Assembly (NCBI GenBank): GCA_964589115.1
Contig: CAZPUD010000003.1
Location: 3,272 to 35,271 of the forward strand
Source of the DNA: an uncultured candidatus Brocadiaceae bacterium
Lineage (GTDB): Bacteria > Planctomycetota > Brocadiia > Brocadiales > Brocadiaceae
Reading direction: 5' to 3'
DNA length: 32,000 bases
The translations under genes and the position numbers were made by a program. The notes under the pieces are model-generated. The model was not told where the DNA came from. It did not search any database and saw only the letters and a list, made by a program, of their open reading frames with translations. Of this stretch, positions 1 to 7,634 are shown one piece after another. How positions within the stretch are numbered: the stretch's first letter is position 1; the number at the start of each line of letters is the position of its first letter.

Positions 1-75
1 AAGCTGCCATCAATTTTCAAATAATCCACTGGCAGATGTCTGATGTAATTAAATGAAGAAAAACCAATACCAAAA
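1..75 (-). pseudogene. EAL-domain (c-di-GMP phosphodiesterase) fragment, continues past the left edge
   Basis: The reverse complement of 1..80 reads [26 protein letters not shown]. This is the conserved DDFGTGYSS...LKID block from the middle of EAL domains. It is out of frame with the GGDEF ORF that stops at 76..78. The first ~150 aa of an EAL domain are absent. Confidence 0.6.
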
Positions 76-1870
76 TCATCCAATTTTTGTTTTCTGATCG
101 TGTGTATAAATGCAGACACAATTACGGCCTTTTTCCTTCGCCATGTACACAGCAAGGTCAACGGATGTGAGGATCGTTTCTGCTTTATCACCGTGATCGG
201 GAAATAGAGCAATACCAATACTCACGGTGATGCGGATTAGGGTACCATTCTCTACTAAGGTATTATGCTGTACCAATTCCAGAATTTGGTTTGCGATTGA
301 CTCGGCCTCATCTAGATCAATGTGAGGAAGGATGACGGCAAACTCATCACCCCCCAGTCTGGCCAGTAAGTCGGTCTGGCGGCGCAGCCTTGTTTTTATG
401 AGATTTGAGAAATTTATCAGAAGCTTATCCCCGACCTGATGTCCAAAGGACATTGATGTCTTTGAAATTGTCGATATCCAAAAATAGTAACGCCCCTTTT
501 GTCCCGAATCGTCTTGTTTCTGCAAGCCAGTGTTCCAATTCCTCATGAAAGCGGCGCCGGTTAAAGAGGTCTGTAAGGGGATCCCGATTCGCCATATACA
601 GAATTTGGGATTCGTGATTTTTGCGTTCTGTGACATTTCTGCAAATCTCCAGACAGTAAACAATTTTTCCGCTGCTATCTTTAATAGGGCTGGCTATATT
701 TTCTACGTAGACAATTTCTCCGGAAGGGATCACTACCTTTCTCTCGGAAATATGCGGCTTACCATCCTTGTACACCATTTCCACAGGACACCCATCACAA
801 ATAGTGTCTTTACTTTCATAGGACGAATAACATTTATATCCCAACCGTACTCCGAATATATTCTTCACAACATTATTTTGATAAACTATGTTGTAATCTA
901 AATCCTGAATCGTCAGGCCATCTTCCATCGCGTCAATCACCGATTGGAGTTTGTTCTTTTCTAAACGCAGTTCTTCTTCCACCAGCTTACGGTATGTAAT
1001 ATCCTGAACGGTTCCAATCATTCTGACAGGCTTTCCGGTATGGTCAAACTTTACCAAAGCCCTTGAATGAACAATGCGTACAGTTCCATCTTCATGTATT
1101 ACGCGGTAATCAACTTCATAAGATTTTTTTCCATATAAGGCATCATGAATTGATTTTTTGACAAATTCTCTGTCATCAGGGTGAACACAATTGAGAAATC
1201 TCTCATAGGTTATTTCGCTATATTCCTGAGGGTTTAATCCAAAAATACGGTACATCTCATCTGACCAGTAAATTTCATTGGTAATGATATTCCGCTCCCA
1301 GTTTCCGATATGAGCAATTCTTTGAACCTCGGTAAGCCTTTCTTCACTCTTTCGTAAAGATTCTTCCATTTGCTTGCGATCGATACCTATAGCAACATTG
1401 TCTGATACTGATGCCAATATTTTGAGTATATCATCTGAAAGTTGCTTTTTTGAAAATAACGCCAATACCCCTATGAGCCGGTCTTCGACAATCATGGGAT
1501 AACCAGCAAAGGAGACTATTTCTTCCCGTTTTGCCCATTCCTGGTTATGCACTCCGGGGTCTCCAATCACTGCGTTAGTCAGGTGTGGCTTACGCTCTTT
1601 AGCAATGAGGCCAATCTTGTACATACCAACCGGTATAATACTGTGGTCACCATCGATATGGGTATACATCCCTGCACTGCTCTGTAATTCTAAAGCGCCC
1701 TTTTTTTCATTAAATGTCCAAATACGGACGAATGCAGCGTCCAGGCTCTGTACCAAAACCTCAGTGCACCTTTGTAACATGCTTCTCAAAGTGCCCCCAT
1801 GAATAAGGGCAAAACCAATTTCGGCATGTAAGGTTGTCAATTGTGGTAGTTCTGATGGTATTTCTTTCAT
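76..1870 (-). pseudogene. GAF-PAS-PAS-GGDEF diguanylate cyclase, split by a frameshift near 449-452
   Basis: ORF 425..1870 has a GAF-like N-terminus, two PAS regions and the start of a GGDEF domain (LFLDIDNFKDIN). ORF 76..663 continues in another frame with SFGHQVGDKLL...RLGGDEFAVILP...AKEKGRN. The junction DNA is atcaat-g-tcctttggacat, which is 2 nt short of an intact IND-SFGH reading. Confidence 0.8.
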
Positions 1871-2063
1871 CTTTTGTGCTTAGTATTTCGGATTTCCTTT
1901 TCGCAGAGCTGTCTGCGAAAAAACGTAGTATCTTAAAACTTATTTTTTAAGGTTCTTAACTACCTCATAGACTGATTTATACAGTATTTTCGATACCTGT
2001 GCAGTATATCTAACATGGAATAGCGTTTCAATGTAATTAACAGCTATCTCCGATTTAAAACAT

Positions 2064-2292
2064 TTATAATAATTTTGTAAATTCATCCACTGATAAATGA
2101 GCCTGTTTCATGATATGAGATAATGTAGATCTTTTGATAGGATTGTGTGCTGGAACGGTGAGCTTTAGTTTTTTTTCTGTTGTACGTTTTTGCAAACGTA
2201 TGTGACTACCTTTTTGACGGACAACTACCCATCCATCCCGATGCAAAGCCGTTAATGACCTGTCCGTAATTCAAGCTTGGAACTTTTGTCAT
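2064..2292 (-). pseudogene. hicA: HicA-family mRNA interferase toxin, frameshifted after ~15 codons
   Basis: ORF 2064..2246 reads ALHRDGWVVVRQKGSHIRL...VPAHNPIKRSTLSHIMKQAHL, the HicA core. The expected N-terminus MTKVPSLNYGQVIN starts at ATG 2290-2292 but lies in a different frame, with one extra G near 2248-2251. That frame stops after 28 codons. Confidence 0.7.
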
Positions 2293-2309
2293 ATGGCAAT
2301 TTCTAAGAC

Positions 2310-2492
2310 CTATGCATCCGGATTAAACCTCAAATCATCTTCAACTGGTTCAAGATATAATTCAATGGCTTCTCTAATATTTTTCAATGCCTCTTCCTTG
2401 GTATTGCCTTCACTTATGCAGCCAGGAAGCGCTGGAACGATTGCAGTATATCCGCCTTCATTGCTTGGTTCTAAAACTACTTGGATTTTCAT
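2310..2492 (-). CDS. hicB: HicB-family (UPF0150) antitoxin, short form
   Basis: The 60-aa product is MKIQVVLEPSNEGGYTAIVPALPGCISEGNTKEEALKNIREAIELYLE, the typical HicB N-domain pattern. It lies 17 nt upstream of the hicA ATG. Confidence 0.75.
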   Translation of the reverse strand: MKIQVVLEPSNEGGYTAIVPALPGCISEGNTKEEALKNIREAIELYLEPVEDDLRFNPDA

Positions 2493-2577
2493 CTCCCAAC
2501 CTCCAATATTTCGAGCTAATTATCTAAATCGTGTCTTTATTATTGCAATTTATCTGTGTAAAGTCAATGAACAGTAA

Positions 2578-2653
2578 GTAGGGTTGGCAATGTCCATCGA
2601 AAAATAAGCAACATGGGAGGGCGAGCGATATTCTGGTGGGCAATGCACATCCT
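2578..2653. repeat. ~75-bp hairpin repeat, copy 1 (GTAGGGT..GCA.TG.CCA.CGAAAAATAAG...GAGCGATAT..GGTG.GCAATG.CCA)
   Basis: Aligns by eye over its whole length with 4995..5068 in the same orientation. Its two ends are inverted repeats of each other. Confidence 0.7.
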
Positions 2654-2828
2654 GCCTGGCTCCTGGGCTTCTTGATTAATTGTACTCTATAGCAAAAAGA
2701 GTTCGTGTTAACAGTGAAAAATAAGGTGAAATATGGTCTAAAAGGGTATATAATCTGGAAATTACTGAATTATTGAGAAGAGGATTTTGTAGTAAATTTG
2801 TCCAAAGATTTACAAGAAGGAAGGAAAG

Positions 2829-3050
2829 ATGGATTCCAAACAATTACTGGACAGAATTACCATTAATCCCGAAGTAATGGTTGGTAAACCGACTATAAGA
2901 GGACTAAGAATTACTGTCGAACAAATTTTGAAGGCATTAGCTGCTGGAATTACGGTACAGGAACTGCTTGAAGATTATCCTGAATTAGAGCCTGAAGATG
3001 TTCAAGCTGTTTTACTTTATGTGGCTGAATTAGTGTCGGTAAGTTGTTAA
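2829..3050 (+). CDS. DUF433-family small protein (putative antitoxin-like)
   Basis: 73 aa reading ITINPEVMVGKPTIRGLRITVEQILKALAAGITVQELLEDYPELEPEDVQAVLLY, which matches the DUF433 pattern. A purine-rich RBS (aaggaaggaaag) precedes the ATG. Confidence 0.75.
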   Translation: MDSKQLLDRITINPEVMVGKPTIRGLRITVEQILKALAAGITVQELLEDYPELEPEDVQAVLLYVAELVSVSC

Positions 3051-3156
3051 ATAAATTTTGTGTTTATAAAGATGGAAGACTTAGAATCAGAAAATAAAGA
3101 TCAATTTCTATATAAAAAATTCTCACTTATCCTAACCCGAACGAGTTGGAAGAGAA

Positions 3157-3222
3157 ATGTAGGGCGAGGCTTTAGCCTTGCATTTGTTGTAGGAAAGCAA
3201 ACCTAAAGGTTTGCCCTACATG
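3157..3222. repeat. GTAGGGC...GCCCTAC hairpin repeat
   Basis: atgtagggc (3157-3165) pairs with gccctacat (3213-3221). It contains the perfect sub-hairpin gcaaacct-aa-aggtttgc. A related element lies at 22231..22261. Confidence 0.6.
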
Positions 3223-3303
3223 TTACTAGCAAAAATATTTTTCTAAAGATACTAATGCGTAAGTATATGCTTTATATTAAATATTAAAAGATTAAGGTAA
3301 AAA

Positions 3304-3528
3304 ATGAAATTTAAACGTATCACAGTAGACCCCAAAACTTGTACCGGCAAATCATGCATTCGTGGACTTCGCTTCCCAGTCTCGCGTTTACTAGGCCTTC
3401 TAGCCTCTGGAGAAACTAAAGAATCTATTCTCAGGGCATATCCTTACCTTGAGGCAGAGGATATTGATGAAGCCTTGAGGTATGCTGCTTATCTTGCAGA
3501 AGAAGAAACAATGGAATTTGCAAGGTGA
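3304..3528 (+). CDS. DUF433-family small protein
   Basis: 74 aa reading ITVDPKTCTGKSCIRGLRFPVSRLLGLLASGETKESILRAYPYLEAEDIDEALRYA. Confidence 0.7.
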   Translation: MKFKRITVDPKTCTGKSCIRGLRFPVSRLLGLLASGETKESILRAYPYLEAEDIDEALRYAAYLAEEETMEFAR

Positions 3529-3556
3529 AGTTTAGCATGGTTAATAAATAGTTTCA

Positions 3557-3835
3557 TCAGCTTATTTCTACGCAGATATCTTCTTTTCTGATCAAATCCA
3601 GTGCATACTGGACGCATGCCTTTATGTCTTCTGTTTTTAAATCCGTGTAGTAATTTTGGATGATTTCATTGAAAGGGATTCCTTCCTGGACTAATTCAAG
3701 AACATTATCAACAGTTATTCTTGTATCTTTTATGTACGGTTTCCCAAAATGTATTTTAGGGTTAACGGTTATGCGATTTCTATAATCTTTAATTTTACAC
3801 CTCCACTTTTGAAGGATCTGAACAATTTGTAGCAC
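3557..3835 (-). CDS. DUF433-family small protein; start codon uncertain
   Basis: Reads ITVNPKIHFGKPYIKDTRITVDNVLELVQEGIPFNEIIQNYYTDLKTEDIKACVQYA. The only in-frame start is a GTG at 3833-3835, which lies inside the outer arm of the foldback repeat. No ATG is available. Confidence 0.6.
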   Translation of the reverse strand: MLQIVQILQKWRCKIKDYRNRITVNPKIHFGKPYIKDTRITVDNVLELVQEGIPFNEIIQNYYTDLKTEDIKACVQYALDLIRKEDICVEIS

Positions 3836-4415
3836 TTTAGTTTTTTTGAAAAAACCCTGAAAAGTTCCATTAGGAGCGATATATTAATAGAACAAGAATC
3901 TGCACCATGTTAAGCTCCAGGGGAGCGGTATATATCCACCTATAGTATCCAAAGGATGAAGCCGAACATATCCTCAAATTACGAAAGACTACTGAAATGG
4001 TCATTGCGAGGGTCTTTTCCGAAGCAATCCCAAAGCGGGAATTTGGATTTCGGATTTTAGATGTCGGATTTCGGATTTTACACTTTGGTTTTTCATTCCG
4101 CAATCTGCAATCCCAAATCTGCAATTGGATACTTGCGGAGCCTGTTTCGGGCGTATCAGTGAGGAATCCCCGGGTTTGCTTCAGCTTCCGCCTTGCAACC
4201 GCATCACTCCTCGCAATGACATTTTAAGGTTTTCCGTAATATTCCATATACTTGTATTCAAACAAAGACTCAACTTTCGTCATATTCTGTTCGGTTTCAT
4301 CTGTTGGATACTATAAATATTATGTCGCTCCTCAGGAGCTTTATTCTCACGTTTTGTTTTAGCTATTTATATTTCGCCCTTATGGGGTTATTTTTAAAAA
4401 ACTAAAGTGTTACAA
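3827..4415. repeat. ~590-bp nested inverted-repeat (foldback) element
   Basis: There are three levels of arms. The outer arms are ttgtagcactttagtttttttgaaaaa (3827-3853) versus tttttaaaaaactaaagtgttacaa (4391-4415). The second level is ttccattaggagcgatatat (3865-3884) versus tatgtcgctcctcaggagc (4321-4339). The third level is a perfect 12-bp pair, gtcattgcgagg (4000-4011) and cctcgcaatgac (4209-4220). The centre holds short direct repeats: ggatttcggatttta at 4045-4059 and 4066-4080, and aatctgcaat at 4102-4111 and 4116-4125. Confidence 0.7.
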
Positions 4416-4450
4416 TAATTTAAACGCTTATGAAATTCAAAGTTTCAGAG

Positions 4451-4568
4451 TTGGTTCAATTGTCCACGATTAAACCGAAACGTTTAGCATGTCTCATATG
4501 ACTGGAATAAACTAAAACGTATAGGCATATGCTAAACGAAGGGTTCAATCTACAAGATTGAACCAACC
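4451..4568. mobile_element. 118-bp MITE-like palindromic element, copy 1
   Basis: Termini are TTGGTTCAAT...ATTGAACCAA, with ~40-bp imperfect terminal inverted repeats. It has three internal hairpins, including cgtttagcat...atgctaaacg. It is about 80-85% identical by eye to 13547..13663 in the same orientation. Confidence 0.75.
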
Positions 4569-4668
4569 ATAGGCCATAATAGGCCCTGCTTATTGAGGTT
4601 CTTCTATCTGCCTCATAGACTGATTTGTATAGCCTTTTTGATACTTCTAGAAAATCCTTCCCATCCAT
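4456..4668 (-). pseudogene. HEPN-like gene, 3' part replaced by the MITE
   Basis: The first 33 codons (MDGKDFLEVSKRLYKSVYEADRRTSISRAYYG) resemble the first helices of small HEPN proteins. From 4568 downwards the reading frame runs through MITE sequence (LWLVQSCRLNP...). Confidence 0.45.
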
Positions 4669-4952
4669 TAAGAAATTTGAAATGTTAAAACAAATTTTGA
4701 TCTGGAATCTTTAGAAATAAAATTACGGATTTTGTTTCTAAATTCCTTCTCTCTTTTAATAATATTATCTACTTTGTCGTTTATTTTTACATCAAATCTA
4801 ACCTTTCGATAATTTTCTATTTCGCAATCTGATTGCAGGGTTACTTTGATGTCTTCAATATTTTGAAAGGTCTCTAGAATAAGCTTATAGTAAGTTTCAA
4901 CATCAGAAGTGATCTTTTCCTGTTCACAAAAATCCGATATTTCTTTATCCAA
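4668..4952 (-). CDS. hypothetical 94-aa protein, translationally coupled to the HEPN-like remnant
   Basis: Its stop overlaps the next ATG as TAATG at 4666-4670. It has a TTG start, is very AT-rich, and contains no motif I recognise. Confidence 0.35.
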   Translation of the reverse strand: MDKEISDFCEQEKITSDVETYYKLILETFQNIEDIKVTLQSDCEIENYRKVRFDVKINDKVDNIIKREKEFRNKIRNFISKDSRSKFVLTFQIS

Positions 4953-4994
4953 TACAGGGATACCTTGAGAAAACTTAAAATTGCATTAAGTAAT

Positions 4995-5068
4995 GTAGGG
5001 TGAGCATTGCCCACCGAAAAATAAGTGACGTGGGAGTGTGAGCGATATGGTGAGCAATGTCCACCCTA
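4995..5068. repeat. ~75-bp hairpin repeat, copy 2
   Basis: Aligns with 2578..2653. Arms are gtagggtgagcattgcccacc and ggtgagcaatgtccaccctat. Confidence 0.7.
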
Positions 5069-5211
5069 TCCGGCTAATTGCTATCATAAGTACCTTGTTT
5101 TATATAGCAATGAAAGTTAGAATATTGCCACTCAATGGATGATTTTACTAATTATAGGAAATTTTTTTGTATTTGATTAAGAATATTCTAATGAATAATT
5201 TCATTACCGCA

Positions 5212-7632
5212 TTATCTAATCCTTACCCTCTCTTGGTTTCTTTGCTTGATCTTGGCATAAAGTTCTATTTCTTTTTCATGTTCAACAGTAACCACAACAG
5301 CATAGTTTTGTAAATAATTGTTATCAGTTATCCACCTGTTCTTACAAATAGTTGCGATAACAAGCGGTTTATTAGTATCAAATCTTGGTTTTCCTTCCCA
5401 TATCTTTATACCTTTTTGATGAACTCCTAATTTCCTGAAGTTTCCGCCAGGATTCAAATCTATTTCCTTCAGCTCAATTCCTTTAGGAATAATGATCTCA
5501 CTTGTATTATCAATCTTTAACTGTTTAAAACATTGTTCAATTTCTTTAATTTCTAGAGAATGAAATAGATGAAATTCCATTGTGCATCCAAGATAATCAA
5601 TTCTGTTTTTGTTTACCAATGGATCGAAGACTAAAGTAATTACTAGTTGCCTATTCCCTTGTTCATCAATGAATTCTTCTGGAAGATAAAATTGATAGAA
5701 ATGGATAGAATCAAGTTTCATTTTATCATCTGCTATTAACAATACCCTATTATCTTGAGAAAACGTTGCGTTAGTCAAAGAAGGAATTCCATATCCATAA
5801 ACATTAAGAAGACTTGCAAGTTTTTCGTTACTATCGGACAATTTTATATTTTGTAAAAAGCCGGGTCTTTCAGCAGGAATACTTGTGGACGATAGAACAA
5901 TCGCTTTGATCATATTTGCAGAATAATTGGGATATTTATTCCAGAGCCGGGCGATACAATTTGAAACTTTTGGTGTGCTGAGGCTTGTACCAATACCAGC
6001 GTTGAATAATCTTCCCTCTTGAATAAAATCCTTGTTCAGAGATATTATTTTACCACCAATATTATTTGTCGGTTGATGACGCCCAGTTATTACATTACCG
6101 CCTATTTCTACTAATTCAGGCTTTATCATACCCTTATAACCTGGACCGACTCTTGTAAAAGGTGAAGGATAGAATGTTTTTGCCGGAGATGATAAAATGT
6201 CTGACTGGCTTTTAATATCAGGACCATAGGGCGGGGCAATTGATCCAACGGTTAACGCAAGGGCAGATGAAGCAGGTTCGATTATCTTTACGTTATCATT
6301 AGTTCCATCTTGGAAATAAGTCGGATATTTATTCAAGTCAAAATCACAGTAGTTACCTGTTGATATAACAAAAATAATTTTAAACTCTTTAGCAAGTTCA
6401 TCAACTAAAGAAGACAGATTAAATTGTTTTCTACCAGAAAATGTTCTATTATCTAAATTGCCAAAAGAAATATTTATTACCTTGCAATTCGGATAATTTT
6501 CAGCAATCCATCTAACAGCTTTTTCAAACTGATGTTCAAGAAGTTCCTCTGGGTCATATACTGCTTCTATGTTTCCATCTGACTGTTTTTCAGCAAACAT
6601 AACTTTGGCTGAATATATCCAGACTTCGGGATTAAAATTTTTTCTATTAATGCATTCTTTTACATCACCATATAAGGCTATGCCCGCTACTCCTGTTCCG
6701 TGTCCGACATCATCTACAGGTTTATCTTCTTCAATTTTAGTACTTTTTCTTGTAACTATAGCTTTTTCATTGCCAACTGCTTTTTCTAAAAGTGGATGAT
6801 TGGAAACAATACCAGAATCCATTATGAGTATCCCTATTGCACTGTCAGTTGGAGATCCCCCAATTTTCAATTCTTCCTTAGGAATATTGAGTGTGGAAAC
6901 TGTTACATAAGGTTTAGGAGGTCTATCTATTGAAGCAATTTCTTTGAACACAGCAATTTCATCAAAAAGAGTCTTATTCCCATAAATCCTTAAAAGACAA
7001 AAATTATTAGTAATTAATTTATCTGTAATTCTACCTTTCTTATCCTCAATAAATTTTTCCAATCCTGGAAGGTTGTTATCTCCCTCAATGAAGTGACGAA
7101 GCTTTTGTTTCTCCATTTTCCATATTTCTATATCTAGATAACCGAATTCATTCTTTCCTAATGGATTTTGCTTTAACTGTTTTCCAATTTTTTCTTTTGG
7201 AGGGATATCCATAAGTTTTTCAATGGCGTCAAAGAACTTATATTGCTTTTTTCCCTCCGAATAATCTTTTAATTTTTTTGAAAATTCGCCCAATGCATTG
7301 TTTTCTGCAAAAACAATCCAAAATCCTTTTTTATCAGGAGATGGAGAAATAACTTCTATACCCATGCGACTTAACTCATTTCGGAATAATTCCTCACTAA
7401 CGGCTTGGTTCACTTCTATTTTAAAAATAAGTGAAGGATCAAAATATTTGCCGTAATTTTTCTTCAGAAAATCCTGATCTTGTTTGAAATTTTGAAATGT
7501 TTTTATCTGAGTTTGATAAAAATCATTTTTATTCCTTCCCTTAACTGTTTTATACCCACCGCCACCGTATTTACTTCTATTGTATTCCTGATCTATTTTT
7601 GGCAGTTTTAAATGTTCATATTGCTTCGGCAT
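5212..7632 (-). CDS. Cytoplasmic subtilisin-like serine protease (peptidase S8), IetS-like
   Basis: The S8 catalytic set is in canonical order: D272 (MDSGI, 6817-6819), H311 (HGTGVAG, 6700-6702), N427 (STGNY) and S550 (GTSLSTP, 5983-5985). The N-terminus is hydrophilic with no signal peptide. The ATG lies 2 nt after the upstream ATPase stop. Confidence 0.85.
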   Translation of the reverse strand: MPKQYEHLKLPKIDQEYNRSKYGGGGYKTVKGRNKNDFYQTQIKTFQNFKQDQDFLKKNYGKYFDPSLIFKIEVNQAVSEELFRNELSRMGIEVISPSPDKKGFWIVFAENNALGEFSKKLKDYSEGKKQYKFFDAIEKLMDIPPKEKIGKQLKQNPLGKNEFGYLDIEIWKMEKQKLRHFIEGDNNLPGLEKFIEDKKGRITDKLITNNFCLLRIYGNKTLFDEIAVFKEIASIDRPPKPYVTVSTLNIPKEELKIGGSPTDSAIGILIMDSGIVSNHPLLEKAVGNEKAIVTRKSTKIEEDKPVDDVGHGTGVAGIALYGDVKECINRKNFNPEVWIYSAKVMFAEKQSDGNIEAVYDPEELLEHQFEKAVRWIAENYPNCKVINISFGNLDNRTFSGRKQFNLSSLVDELAKEFKIIFVISTGNYCDFDLNKYPTYFQDGTNDNVKIIEPASSALALTVGSIAPPYGPDIKSQSDILSSPAKTFYPSPFTRVGPGYKGMIKPELVEIGGNVITGRHQPTNNIGGKIISLNKDFIQEGRLFNAGIGTSLSTPKVSNCIARLWNKYPNYSANMIKAIVLSSTSIPAERPGFLQNIKLSDSNEKLASLLNVYGYGIPSLTNATFSQDNRVLLIADDKMKLDSIHFYQFYLPEEFIDEQGNRQLVITLVFDPLVNKNRIDYLGCTMEFHLFHSLEIKEIEQCFKQLKIDNTSEIIIPKGIELKEIDLNPGGNFRKLGVHQKGIKIWEGKPRFDTNKPLVIATICKNRWITDNNYLQNYAVVVTVEHEKEIELYAKIKQRNQERVRIR

Positions 7633-7634
7633 CT

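Noticed and set aside
4045-4125. Short direct repeats, considered as a possible CRISPR array
   Set aside because: There are only two copies each of 10-21-nt units, with 4-6-nt spacers and no regular repeat-spacer periodicity. No cas genes are present in the window.
3870-4316. ORFs 3870-4124 (-), 3997-4227 (+) and 4125-4316 (+)
   Set aside because: They are translations of the nested inverted and direct repeats, for example GFRILDVGFRIL and IRNPTSKIRNP. The region is better explained as a non-coding foldback element.
4451-4568. GGTTCAAT-containing hairpins, considered as a tRNA T-arm or tRNA fragment
   Set aside because: There is no acceptor stem, D-arm or anticodon arm. The sequence is a symmetric palindromic element that is repeated at 13547-13663.
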